A DNA stretch of 64,000 nt from Dehalococcoidia bacterium (GCA_963663235.2 CAXXNO010000011.1:32001-96000); one strand, 5' to 3'. Positions 1-9,523 are shown, counted from the stretch's first letter. Numbers and translations are program-made. Notes: generated by a model from the sequence alone, not told the origin.

Positions 1-10
1 CCGCGGGCCG

Positions 11-754
11 TTAGTAGATGATGAAGATGATCCGGACGGAGGCGGTGACCTGTTCGTCGCCCCCGAAGATGGGGGCGGCGGTGGGCTCGGAGTCGGCGGC
101 ATCCTCGGCCGGGACCTCCTCAACGCCGACCGGGGTGCTGTGGCCGCTCTCCTCGATGACGCGCACGCGGCCCAAGTGGACGCCGGCGCGCTCGGCCATG
201 GCGGCCGCCTTGCGGCGGGCTTCGTCGATGGCGGCGAGCCGGGCGGTGTCCTCCAAGGCGGCGCGGTTGCTGACGAGGAAACGGATGCGGCTGATGGAAA
301 CGGCGTCGCCGCCAGCTCCCACCGCGGCGTCGATGACGTCGCCGATCGTGTCCACGCCGTCGATGATGACGCGAATGGTGTTGCTGAAACGGAAGCCGAT
401 GCTGACGCGCGCTTCCACGGTGTAGTCAAAGTCCTCGTCGAGGGCAATGCGGACGGTCTGGAGGTCTTCATCGGCGACGCCGTGCTCGCTGAGCGCGGCG
501 CGGACGCCGTTCAGCGCCTCCGCGCCAGCGGCCAGGGCCTCGGACGCGGTGGGCCGGCGCGCGGAGACGTGGATGTCGATGCTTGCGCCGTCGGGCGCCG
601 CGGTGACCGTGGCCGAGCCGGTGACCGTCAGGGTGCGCAAGACGTGCAGCGGCCCGTGCGCTTCCGTGCGCTGGCTCCCGCCCAGCGCGAACACCCCCAC
701 AGCCAGCGCCGCGGCCAATGCGATCCCAATGCCCATCATGCGCAGTCGTCCCAT
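11..754 (-). CDS. SIMPL (DUF541) domain secreted protein
   Basis: Signal-like N-terminus, 'TLTVTGSATVTAAPDGASI', 'AIDEARRKAAAMAERAGVHLGRV', C-terminal 'VTASVRIIF'. ATG at 754 follows a GAAGGGGA SD. Confidence 0.85.
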   Translation of the reverse strand: MGRLRMMGIGIALAAALAVGVFALGGSQRTEAHGPLHVLRTLTVTGSATVTAAPDGASIDIHVSARRPTASEALAAGAEALNGVRAALSEHGVADEDLQTVRIALDEDFDYTVEARVSIGFRFSNTIRVIIDGVDTIGDVIDAAVGAGGDAVSISRIRFLVSNRAALEDTARLAAIDEARRKAAAMAERAGVHLGRVRVIEESGHSTPVGVEEVPAEDAADSEPTAAPIFGGDEQVTASVRIIFIIY

Positions 755-1044
755 TGCGGTTCCCCTTCGCTGGGAAGCCCACCGTCGGTGGGGCTCCCGC
801 CGCCTGATCAACGCCGTGCCCGATGCCTTGGTTCCGCGCGCCGGGCGCGCCGCGGCGGTGAGAGTAATGGTGCGCCGTCGCGGAGAGAGCCCCCCATCGC
901 GCTACCCGACCAGCGGCGGCGGCTCACCGAGCGCTGGCGAGCTTTGCTTGTTGCACGCGTTGCCACGGAAGCGCCGGAGCACCGAATCCCCCCACGATCG
1001 CAGTCACTTGAAACGCCGACATCTAATGTAGAGCACATCGAACA

Positions 1045-1877
1045 GGTTCTGTCAGAACACAGGGCACGGATGACGCGCAGTGAAGCCCCTCACTGTTGCC
1101 CTGTCTACGCCGCCGCCATTTCGGCGATCAGTGCATGCCAGCGCCCGACGAAGCGTCGTCGCTGCTCGGCCAGGGGGACGCCCTCGCCGCGGCGACCGCG
1201 AGCGCGCAAGTACTGGCGGAGCTCCTCAAACGCCGAGCAGAAGCGTGCCGCTGAGGCGAAGCTCCCGAAACCGAGCATCGGGTCATCGCGCTGCTGCACC
1301 GCGCGGTGGTCCTGTTCCGTGAGGTTGTTGCGGTATGGATTCGTCCGGTGCACGACCTTCCGTCCCAGGATCCAGCGGATCGCTCTGCGGTACGGCGGAG
1401 GCTGGTCCGTGGTGACGCGCGGCGGCTTGCGCTCGGCCACGTCAACGAGTCGCCGCAGGAAACGCCGCGCGGCGTGCTTGTCGCGGTGCTCGCTGCGCAT
1501 GGAGTCGAGGAGCACCCCCTCGCGGTCGATGGCGCGGTCGAGAGAGCACCAGCGCCCGGCGCCCTTCACGGAGGTCTCGTCCAGGGACCAGGAGCCGCCG
1601 GCCTGGCCGCGCCGCTTCGCTCGCAGCGGGTCCGCGAGCCGCGGGGCGAAGCGGACCTCCCAGGCGCGGATCGGCTCGTGCGTGACCTCGAAGCCGCGCT
1701 GGAGGAGCAGCGCAGCGACGTCGCGGAAGCCCAGCGTGGAGCGGAGACGCCAGAGCACGGCGAGCAGCACGATGTCCGTTGGGTACTGCAGATCGTTGAA
1801 GGGCGTGCCGGTCCGCTCGTTGAAGCGCCGCCGACAGGCCTGGCAGCGGAACCGCCGGGAGCCGAGTGCGGTGCGGC
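1045..1877 (-). mobile_element. IS6-family element, 5'-truncated and decayed
   Basis: Terminal GGTTCTGTCAGA at 1045 matches the IS6 ends at 15108/16061. ORF 1105-1917 aligns with the intact IS6 transposase at 15176 (DET.VK, AID, EQDHR), but its N-terminus is replaced by the adjacent IS. Confidence 0.85.
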
Positions 1878-2997
1878 CGTGGGGCGGCAAAACCTCATGC
1901 GGCCCACCGATACTCATGATGCAACCCTCCTAGCACCGGCTTGCTGTCGACTCGCTGGCTCGGCATCCGCTGCATCGGCTTGCGTCCCTCCGGAGAGTCG
2001 AGCGCCAATGACCGATGCGGCCGCATCGCGTTGTAGTGCTGGACGTACTCACCAAGCACCCGCCTCAGATGCCGTTCGTTGACGGCGATGACGTGATCGA
2101 GGCACTCGCGCCGGAGCGTCCCGATCACCCGCTCGGCGATGGCGTTGGCGTTCGGCGCGCGCACCGGAGTCAGAATCGTCTCGATCCCGATCCGTCGAGC
2201 GCGTGCGATGAAGTCCCCGCCATAGCTACGGTCGCGGTCTCGGATGAGGAACCCTGGCTGCTCACCCCAGACGGTCGCCTCGATCATCTGCCTCCAGATC
2301 CAGGGCGCGATCGGGTGCTCCGTGACGTTCCAGTGCCGGATGCGGCGCCGGCCGTGGTCGATCACGACGAACACGTAGAGCGTGCGGAAGGTGAGGGTCT
2401 GCACCGTGAACAGGTCAGCAGCCCAGATGCTGGACGGGTGGTTGCGCAGAAACGTGCGCCACGACTGACTCGGCGGTCGCCGGAGCGCCTGCTGACGGTA
2501 GCGGCTCACGGTGCGAGCGCTCACGTCGAAGCCAAGCGCACGCAGCTCACCAACGATGCGGACGGCGCCGCACCATGGATTCTCAGTGGCGATGCGCAGG
2601 ATCAGCCGCTGCCACTCGGCGGGAATGTGGGGACGCCCAGGTCCGCGACGACTCTTCCAGCGCCAGTAGGCGCGCCAAGCAGAACGATGCCACCGCACAA
2701 CCGTGTCCGGCTCGACCATCACGAGCGTGCCTCGCCAGCCGGACCAACCGCGTGCCAGTAGTGACCAGAATCGGCGGTCGTGGCGACGGAGCCGCAGTCG
2801 ACGACGGCCCCGGGTGTAGACGGCGAGCTGATGCCGCAGCGCTAAGTTCTCGAGGACGAGATCTCGGCGGGCGCGGACCGAAGCGAAGAGTGCTGCGACA
2901 AGCAGACGGAGGTAGAGCACAGACGAGCCTCTCGTGGCTCGCCGATACTCTGCTATCTCAGGACAGAGCTGCACCTATCAGGTTTTGCCGTCCCACG
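1878..2997 (-). mobile_element. IS481/IS3-like element with integrase-core (rve) transposase
   Basis: Inverted repeats ccgtggggcggcaaaacctcat (1877-1898) and atcaggttttgccgtcccacgg (2977-2998) match at 20/22. Flanks ggtgcggc (1870-1877) and ggtacggc (2998-3005) match at 7/8. Confidence 0.8.
1895..2974 (-). CDS. Integrase core domain transposase (start uncertain, probably slightly downstream)
   Basis: 'ENLALRHQL', 'WAADLFTV', 'LIRDRD', 'NAIAERVIGTLRRECLDH', 'GGLHHEY'; paralogous to 9544-10575. Confidence 0.85.
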   Translation of the reverse strand: MQLCPEIAEYRRATRGSSVLYLRLLVAALFASVRARRDLVLENLALRHQLAVYTRGRRRLRLRRHDRRFWSLLARGWSGWRGTLVMVEPDTVVRWHRSAWRAYWRWKSRRGPGRPHIPAEWQRLILRIATENPWCGAVRIVGELRALGFDVSARTVSRYRQQALRRPPSQSWRTFLRNHPSSIWAADLFTVQTLTFRTLYVFVVIDHGRRRIRHWNVTEHPIAPWIWRQMIEATVWGEQPGFLIRDRDRSYGGDFIARARRIGIETILTPVRAPNANAIAERVIGTLRRECLDHVIAVNERHLRRVLGEYVQHYNAMRPHRSLALDSPEGRKPMQRMPSQRVDSKPVLGGLHHEYRWAA

Positions 2998-3228
2998 GGT
3001 ACGGCCTACCGTCAAGTCAGGTCCACCAGACTTGACGGAATCAAGAACCTTCACGCTGAGATTCACACTGGCGCTGTAGATATTCCGTCGTGGGGAGGAG
3101 ACGTAGCCTTCCCGAATTGAAGTGGTGGTAGCCGCCGGCCGGCGCACCGCCAACGAGGTCATCCAGGATTCCGAATGTCACAGCAGACTCGCCCGCCGTT
3201 TCCCGGTCTCCTCTCCGCCCCTAAGCTC

Positions 3229-4392
3229 CTACTGATACATCCAGGCGTCGAAAAGGTCGTTCGCCCGAACGCCGTTTGCGTCAACTAGCTGCGCGTCCGA
3301 GCCAAAGCCAATCCAGGCGATCTGGCTCTCTCCAACAATCAACGCGGGCTTGCCCTCTGGGGCAGCGCTGAAGATGAGCGTATCCGTGCCGCTTCCACCC
3401 AGCAGTGGCAGTTCCCACCCTCCGGTGGATGGCTCCAAGACGTACAACACAATCTCGCCCTGAACAAACACGGGCTTGCTGAAGGTGACATCCACGTTGC
3501 CATCACCGTTGCGGGCGAGACCCAAGACCGTGGCCGGCCCTTGGACGCCGCTGGAGAGCGCCTCCGGCGGAAGCTCTATGTAGTTCTCAGGCGGTTCTAT
3601 CGAAAGGGGCTCCCCGAAACCGTGGTAGCGGATGGTGACGACGTCGCCTGCCTCACCGCCGAGGCCCACCACGGAGACCCGGACCTCCCTGGTCAGAAAG
3701 TCATCGGCGCCCACGACACGGGTGAGGTTGCCGGCTGACAGAAGGTCCCTGCCGCCCATCCCGCCGCTCTGTTCGGCGGGATGTTCAGTGACAAGCACGT
3801 AGCCCTTGGTCCCGTCGTCGAAGGTCACCATCTCCCCCAGCGTGGTTGGGACGTCGTTCGGCAGGTACAGCAGCCCGACCATCTGCATAACGCTCAACAG
3901 CGCGTCATCGGGAGGAGCGCCCTTGACCCACTGCATGGATGCTGGGTCTTGGAAGTAGGTGTCCGCTCCGATGGTCACGCCATTGATGTCGATTGTCTGC
4001 CCCGCGGGCCCCAGGGATACGGTGTATTGGAGCTTGTCCGGCAGAAGAACCCCGCCGCTCAGCCGCATGAGGCCCTCCCCAGCTCCCTCCGGCGCGCCTT
4101 CCACAGGAAAGACGGCCAGCAGATTGAACGTTGCGTCAAAGGAGAAGCTCTCATACTGCTGCATGGCCTGGGTGTTGCACGCAATGACCGTTGTAGTGTC
4201 GTCCAACGTGCTGCCTGCCGTACAACCGTCGGCAAGGATGATGCCGCCGGAAACGGCGACGCCGGGATCGATGCTGGTTGTGGGGTCCGTGACGACGGAC
4301 GGCTGCGCCGTCGTTTCGGAGTCGTCCCCGCAGGCGGCTAAGGCCGCGAACGCCAGAGCGATGACCATTGCCAGGAAGAAGCTCTTTTTCAC
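3229..4392 (-). CDS. Lipoprotein, LppX/LprAFG-like or LolA-like fold
   Basis: MKKS + hydrophobic stretch + LAAC lipobox; 'IRYHGFGEPLSIEPP' resembles the C-terminal strand of LppX-like proteins; visibly lower GC than flanks. Confidence 0.6.
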   Translation of the reverse strand: MKKSFFLAMVIALAFAALAACGDDSETTAQPSVVTDPTTSIDPGVAVSGGIILADGCTAGSTLDDTTTVIACNTQAMQQYESFSFDATFNLLAVFPVEGAPEGAGEGLMRLSGGVLLPDKLQYTVSLGPAGQTIDINGVTIGADTYFQDPASMQWVKGAPPDDALLSVMQMVGLLYLPNDVPTTLGEMVTFDDGTKGYVLVTEHPAEQSGGMGGRDLLSAGNLTRVVGADDFLTREVRVSVVGLGGEAGDVVTIRYHGFGEPLSIEPPENYIELPPEALSSGVQGPATVLGLARNGDGNVDVTFSKPVFVQGEIVLYVLEPSTGGWELPLLGGSGTDTLIFSAAPEGKPALIVGESQIAWIGFGSDAQLVDANGVRANDLFDAWMYQ

Positions 4393-4554
4393 GTCAGTTC
4401 CCTTCGATGAGGATTTCCATCTGATCCAATAGGTCTGGGCCCGGAAGGCCGCTACCTCTATCGTCAGTGGCTTTCATACCATTACACAGAGAAGTACCTA
4501 GTGGCGTGATGTGGCTGGGGTACGGCGGCGCGTGGCCAGACGACGCGCCGGTGG

Positions 4555-4712
4555 AGGGTCGCGCCCCCAGCCGCGCAGCGGTCGAGCATCGCCAGCGCTG
4601 CCTCGCGCTCGGCGTAGCCGCTCGCCTGGGTCAACTCGACGTCCAGCACCAGGCCGTGGCGGTTCTCGGTGAGCAGATGGCCCAGGTAGCAGAGCTTCGC
4701 CGTCTGTCTCCG
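4555..4712 (-). pseudogene. IS5-family transposase internal fragment
   Basis: A minus frame absent from the ORF track translates 'TAKLCYLGHLLTENRHGLVLDVELTQASGYAEREAALAMLDR', a conserved IS5-family DDE segment. Confidence 0.75.
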
Positions 4713-4768
4713 GGCCGTGGGGCGGAGCCTCCCGAGCGGAGGGAGCCGCGCCCGCGATCTCCTCCCCC

Positions 4769-6004
4769 TTGCAGGTGGAGCAGCTGCCGATCGCGGATCT
4801 CCATCCCGATCCGGGCAACCCCCGCCGCATCGGGGAGGACGAACTGGCGGCCCTGACCCGCTCGATCGCCACGTTCGGGGTCGTCGACCCGGTGCTCGCC
4901 CGCCGCGCCGACCGGCGCGTGATCGCCGGCCACCAGCGGCTCGTCGCCGCCCGCCGCGCTGGCCTCACGACGGTGCCGGTGATCCTGCTCGACCTCCCGG
5001 CGGAGGACGCCCGGCTGCTCAACGTCGCCCTGAACCGGATCGGCGGGGAGTGGGACGCCGACCTGCTGGCCCGCCTGCTGATCGACCTGCGCACCACGGC
5101 GGACCGCGACCTGACGCTGAGCGGCTTCGCCGAGGCCGATCTCCAGGACCTGCTCACTCGCTTCGACCAGCGGGAGAAACGGGCCCGCCCGGAGCGGTTC
5201 GACCTGGACGAGGCGCTGGCGGCGGTCGACCGCGAGGCCAGCGGGATCGCCCCCGGCGCCGGCTGGCAGCTGGGCGCGCACCGCCTCTTCCGGGGCGACG
5301 CCACGGACGCGGCGTTCGTGGCCCGGTGCCTGGGCGACGGGCCCGCGGCCCTGGTCTTCACGGACCCGCCCTACAACGTGGCCTACGGCGCCCACGGCGG
5401 CCGGGCGGCCGACGCGCCCGCCCGGCGCCTCGTCAACGACGCCATGCCCGAGGAGGAGTGGGAGCGCTTCTGCCGGGCCTGGGCGGTGAGCCTGGCGGCC
5501 AACGCGGCCGGCGCCCTGTACGTCTGCATGAGCAGCAAGGAGTGGCCGGTCGTCTGCCGCGCCCTGGCCGAGGCCGGGGCGCACTGGTCGGACACGATCA
5601 TCTGGGCCAAGGACCGCTTCACGCTGGGCCGGGCCGACTATCAGCGCCAGTACGAGCCGATCTGGTACGGCTGGCCCCAGGGGACCACCCGTCAGTGGCA
5701 GGGCGGGCGCGACCAGAGCGACGTCTGGCACATCCCGCGTCCCGCCGCCTCGCCGCTGCACCCCACCCAGAAGCCGCTGGCCCTGGTCGAGCGGGCGATC
5801 GCGAACTCCAGCACCCCCGGCGCCACGGTCCTGGACCCCTTCTGCGGCGCGGGCACGACGCTGATCGCCTGCGAGCGCACCGGGCGCCGGGCCGTCGGGG
5901 TCGAGATCGACCCGCGCTACGTGGCGGCCACGATCGCGCGCTGGGAGGCGTTCACGGGCGCGGCCGCCGTGCCCCTGGAACCGAGGGAGGCGACCGATGG
6001 CTAG
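4769..6004 (+). CDS. ParB/Srx N-terminal domain fused to N6A/N4C DNA methyltransferase (beta class, phage/MGE type)
   Basis: N-terminal 'NPRRI...IAGHQRL'; motif IV 'FTDPPYN' precedes 'HPTQKP' and motif I 'VLDPFCGAGTT'. Confidence 0.9.
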   Translation: MQVEQLPIADLHPDPGNPRRIGEDELAALTRSIATFGVVDPVLARRADRRVIAGHQRLVAARRAGLTTVPVILLDLPAEDARLLNVALNRIGGEWDADLLARLLIDLRTTADRDLTLSGFAEADLQDLLTRFDQREKRARPERFDLDEALAAVDREASGIAPGAGWQLGAHRLFRGDATDAAFVARCLGDGPAALVFTDPPYNVAYGAHGGRAADAPARRLVNDAMPEEEWERFCRAWAVSLAANAAGALYVCMSSKEWPVVCRALAEAGAHWSDTIIWAKDRFTLGRADYQRQYEPIWYGWPQGTTRQWQGGRDQSDVWHIPRPAASPLHPTQKPLALVERAIANSSTPGATVLDPFCGAGTTLIACERTGRRAVGVEIDPRYVAATIARWEAFTGAAAVPLEPREATDG

Positions 6005-6392
6005 CCGTCCCGCCTGCCAGGCACTGACCCAGAACGGGCGCCCCTGCCGGGCGCCGTCCCTGCGCGCGGGCAGCGCCTGCTTCTGGCACGCGCCCGAGTC
6101 CCGCGAGGACGCCACCGAGGCGCGCCGGCTGGGGGGCCTGCGCCGCCGGCGCGAGGGCACGGTCGGGGGCGCCTACGGCCTGGAGGGGTTCCGCACGGAC
6201 GCGGATCTGCAGCGCGTCCTGGAGCTGGCGCTGACCGACACGCTGGAGCTGGAGAACTCGATCGCGCGCGCGCGGGCGCTGGCCCACCTGGTGTCCGTCG
6301 GGGTCCGGGTCAAGGAGACCGCGGAGTTCGAGGCGCGCCTGCGGGCGCTGGAGGTGGGCGTGGGGCGGGAGGCCTCCGATGCGGGGCCGTGA
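5997..6392 (+). CDS. Small Cys/His (C-x9-C-x10-C-xx-H) mobile-element protein
   Basis: 'CQALTQNGRPCRAPSLRAGSACFWH' followed by helical 'EFEARLRALE'; overlaps the MTase stop; GGGAGG SD. Confidence 0.7.
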   Translation: MASRPACQALTQNGRPCRAPSLRAGSACFWHAPESREDATEARRLGGLRRRREGTVGGAYGLEGFRTDADLQRVLELALTDTLELENSIARARALAHLVSVGVRVKETAEFEARLRALEVGVGREASDAGP

Positions 6393-7101
6393 GCGCCGCC
6401 TCCACACGGTCGCGACCCGCCTGACGGTGCGGCAGCGGGTCGTGGCGCTGCTCGCGGCCGGGCCCGGCGATGCCGTGCTGCGCGACAGCCTCTGGCGCGG
6501 GCTCACGCCGGGCGAGCGGGCCGCATTCCGCCGCGACTGCGCCCGGCTCGATCACCTCGACGCGACCGCGCACCTGTGCCTGGCCTGGGCCGCGGGCCAA
6601 GTCGGCGCGCTGGAGGCGGTCGCGGGCTGGTTCGCGACCGTCCGCCTCGGCGCCGTCCTGGCGGAGTCCCTGGAGGACGCACTTGACTGCGGGGAGCCCC
6701 GTCGCGGCCCGGGCGCGGGCGGCGACGGGGACCTGAACAAGGCGGCGCGCCGGGTCGCGCGCCGGCTGCGGGGTCTGGCGGCGGGCGCGAGCGGCGCCGG
6801 TGGCCGGGAACCGCTGCGGCCGATCCTCGACGCCCGCCTCCGCGCCGGCGTCCCCGAGCTGCACCACCTGCTCCGCGCGTTGGAGATCGAGGTCGCGGCG
6901 TGCGCCGCGGCACTCGGCGCCGATCCGCTCGACCCCGCACTCCAGACCATCGCGGACCGCTGCCGCGCGCGGCTCAGGCCGCTTCCCGATCTGCCCGGGC
7001 TGGACCCGCCCATCGCGCTGACCGAGCCATCCGACGACGATGTCGCCGCGTTCGCCGCCCGCTGCCGCCCCGAGGAGGGTTCGGACGATGCCGCCTGGTA
7101 A
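6379..7101 (+). CDS. Hypothetical all-alpha protein of the integrative element
   Basis: Overlaps the upstream gene, GGGAGG SD, high-GC codon pattern; no motif recognised. Confidence 0.6.
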   Translation: MRGRERRLHTVATRLTVRQRVVALLAAGPGDAVLRDSLWRGLTPGERAAFRRDCARLDHLDATAHLCLAWAAGQVGALEAVAGWFATVRLGAVLAESLEDALDCGEPRRGPGAGGDGDLNKAARRVARRLRGLAAGASGAGGREPLRPILDARLRAGVPELHHLLRALEIEVAACAAALGADPLDPALQTIADRCRARLRPLPDLPGLDPPIALTEPSDDDVAAFAARCRPEEGSDDAAW

Positions 7102-7171
7102 GTTACCGGCCGGACCCCGATCCGATAGCTCCCCTTACCATCCGATACCTCTGGTATCGATCGCGCGGTTG

Positions 7172-8158
7172 CTAAGGGTGGTAAGCCGGGGCGCGGGGGC
7201 CGGAGGGCGCGGGGCCGGCAGCCAGCAGACGGGCGGCGGGGCTGAAGGCGGCGTGCGCATCCGCCGCCTTGGCCGCGTCGTAGGTGGCGGAGTAGCGCCG
7301 CACCATGGCCGAGGTCGAGTGGCCCAAGAGGTACTGCACGTCCAGCTCCCGGGCGTGGTTCTCGATCGCCCAGGTGGCGAAGGTGTGGCGGAAGCGATGC
7401 GGGTTGGCGTGGACGCCGGCGCGCGCGCCCAGCCGGGTGAAGAGAGTGCCCAGGAGGTACGGGTTCATCGGCCCGCGGGGCTTCCTGGAGCGTTCGATCG
7501 TGAGGAACAGCGCCCCCGGCGCCTCGCTGCGGAAGCGCGCGATATAGTCGCGCAGCGCCTCGTCCGGTCCGTCGCCGAAGGGGACCACGCGCTGCTTGCG
7601 GCCCTTGCCGTGGCGGATGTGGATGCGCCGGGTCTCCCAGGACACGTCGGCCAGGGTGAGCCGGTGCAGCTCCGTGTAGCGCAGGCCGGTATCGAGGAAG
7701 AGCAGGATGATGGCCCGGTTGCGGCAGCCGAACTCCGTGGTGGGGTCGCAGACGTCCAGCAGCGCCTGGATCTCGTCCTCGGTGAGCGGCTGGATCACCT
7801 TCTGCTCCACTTTGACGTTGGGGATGCCCGTGAACGGGTTCCGCGCCGTATAGCCCATGCGAGTGCACCAGGAGAAGAAGGCCCGGGTCTCGCGGAAGCG
7901 GCGGTGCCGGGTGCCCAGGGAGACGCCGCCGTCGGCGATGACCTTGAGGAAGGCGTAGATGTGGGCCGGGCGGAAGGCCGCGACCCGATCGGGTAGGCCT
8001 TCGGCGGCGCAGATGGCGCGGAAGCGGCGCAGGGTCTCGGCGTAGGCCTGGACGGTGCGCCGGGTCTTGCCCTCCACCTCGCAGGCCGCCAGGTAGGCCG
8101 CGATCGCCTCATCCAGGCCGGTCCCCTCACCCGGGTCCGCTGCGAATTCCGCCGCCAT
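7172..8158 (-). CDS. Tyrosine recombinase / integrase
   Basis: 'DTGLRYTE', 'HGKGRKQR', 'HRFRHTFA', 'LLGH', 'RRY' catalytic set; AGGAGG SD; next to a tRNA fragment. Confidence 0.93.
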   Translation of the reverse strand: MAAEFAADPGEGTGLDEAIAAYLAACEVEGKTRRTVQAYAETLRRFRAICAAEGLPDRVAAFRPAHIYAFLKVIADGGVSLGTRHRRFRETRAFFSWCTRMGYTARNPFTGIPNVKVEQKVIQPLTEDEIQALLDVCDPTTEFGCRNRAIILLFLDTGLRYTELHRLTLADVSWETRRIHIRHGKGRKQRVVPFGDGPDEALRDYIARFRSEAPGALFLTIERSRKPRGPMNPYLLGTLFTRLGARAGVHANPHRFRHTFATWAIENHARELDVQYLLGHSTSAMVRRYSATYDAAKAADAHAAFSPAARLLAAGPAPSGPRAPAYHP

Positions 8159-8296
8159 GACCCCCTCCTTTCGGCGAGTTCATGGACGCTCTGGCGGAGG
8201 ACGAAGTCAAGCGGATTCCGGAGCCGAACTTTTGCAGTCCGCTGCTCCAGGCCTGGATTCGGGCCGGATTCGCGGTGGTCCCATGAAGAAGCGGGA

Positions 8297-8341
8297 TGGT
8301 GGGCCCTCAGGGATTCGAACCCTGGACCTTCGGATTAAAAG
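8297..8341 (-). repeat. att site: 3' half of tRNA-Lys(UUU), not a complete tRNA
   Basis: Minus strand reads CTTTTAATCCGAAGGTCCAGGGTTCGAATCCCTGAGGGCCCACCA (anticodon loop, T-arm, acceptor 3' strand, CCA). The upstream sequence cannot form a D-arm or acceptor 5' strand. Confidence 0.85.
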
Positions 8342-8455
8342 GAAGCAGCTCGGTCGGTTTGAGAGCGGGTGCCGGCCGCACTCCGCGACGATGTGGGCGT
8401 CCGCGTAGAGCGGGCTGCGTGGGCCGAGAAGTGGACAGGTGGCACTCGACGTCTC

Positions 8456-9154
8456 CTACGCAACCAGCGTTCCGCGGGCCTTGCGACCCGAGTGGGGGAC
8501 GTGGAGCAGCGCGCGATACATGCGCGTCGCTGTTCTCGGTTCCTGCGGCAGTATGGGCACCGGGGCAGCAGTGAGGGCATCATCCCAGCCCGCAGCGAAG
8601 GCCTGATCGCGATCCCGTTTCTTATAGACGGCGCTGCGCGACACGTTCGCAGCTTCACAGGCGGCGCGGACGTTCCGCGTCTCCGCGAGCACGGCCAAGA
8701 ACCGTGGTTCCCACCCACGCCGCGCCCGAACGCGGTGTCGGACTGGTCCGCGCCATGCCGCCGGTGCCGATGTCTCCATTGGCGTATGGTCTTCCGCCGG
8801 AATCTCCTGCACCACCCCCGGGTGGTGGCCGACCGGCGCGGGCCGACGGGCCGCATACCGTTTCCCAGGCGCCGGGCCGTACTGCTCCGGTCGGAGGAGT
8901 TGGAGAATGAAGCGCAGGGCCGTACCAGACCCCTGCATCCCCGACACCCGTAGCGCCCCGAGCATGCGGTCATAGAACTCATCAGCGATCTCGGTGAAAC
9001 GGGCGTCAAACGGATCGTCGCTCTCCCGGCGCCGATGCACGGTCCGGGGACTCACGCCAGCCGCGCGGGCTGCCCAGCCGATGTCGCCACAGACCGCGAA
9101 GGCCTCAAAGAACCGGGGTTCCCAATCGCTTGGAGGCCGTCCTCGACGCGGCAT
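8456..9154 (-). CDS. Protein with two tandem terminase-small-subunit-like HTH repeats
   Basis: Repeats 'WEPRFFEAFAVCGDIGWAARAAGVSPRTVHRRRESDDPF' and 'WEPRFLAVLAETRNVRAACEAANVSRSAVYKKRDRDQAF'; GGGAGA SD before ATG 9154. Confidence 0.65.
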   Translation of the reverse strand: MPRRGRPPSDWEPRFFEAFAVCGDIGWAARAAGVSPRTVHRRRESDDPFDARFTEIADEFYDRMLGALRVSGMQGSGTALRFILQLLRPEQYGPAPGKRYAARRPAPVGHHPGVVQEIPAEDHTPMETSAPAAWRGPVRHRVRARRGWEPRFLAVLAETRNVRAACEAANVSRSAVYKKRDRDQAFAAGWDDALTAAPVPILPQEPRTATRMYRALLHVPHSGRKARGTLVA

Positions 9155-9523
9155 GCCTTTTCTCCCGTCGCTGCCCTGTGCTGACAGGTTAGCGCGGGAC
9201 GACCCCATCAATGCAAGTCACGGTTTTTGGTGGGCCATACGCGGGTTGCACGCGTTTATGCCGCCAAGCATGGGTCGGACGGTCAGCCCGAAGCCAGGGC
9301 GACCACGTGAATCACCCACCCGCACATGTCAAACGGGACGCGGATCCATCAATGGCGCTGCACAATGCAACGCGTCCCAAGGCGACGCCGATGACGCGCG
9401 GAGCATCTTCAGGGTGGGGCCGCCGCCCGTGGTGGGCGCATGGTAGCGGGTGGAGGAGGGGGTTTCAGCCGGGCACCATCGCACCGGGCATGTGGGAGCC
9501 GCGCCGGTCTGGTGGAAGAAGCC

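Noticed and set aside
8339-8350. SRP RNA motif (AAGGAAGCAGC)
   Set aside because: The preceding CAGG/GNRA helix is absent, and the motif overlaps the tRNA fragment boundary.
8297-8375. Complete tRNA-Lys gene
   Set aside because: Sequence beyond the anticodon loop cannot form a D-arm or pair with the acceptor strand; only the 3' half is present.
9228-9236. Second att copy (TGGTGGGCC)
   Set aside because: Only 9 bp match the tRNA 3' end and the T-arm is absent; could be chance.
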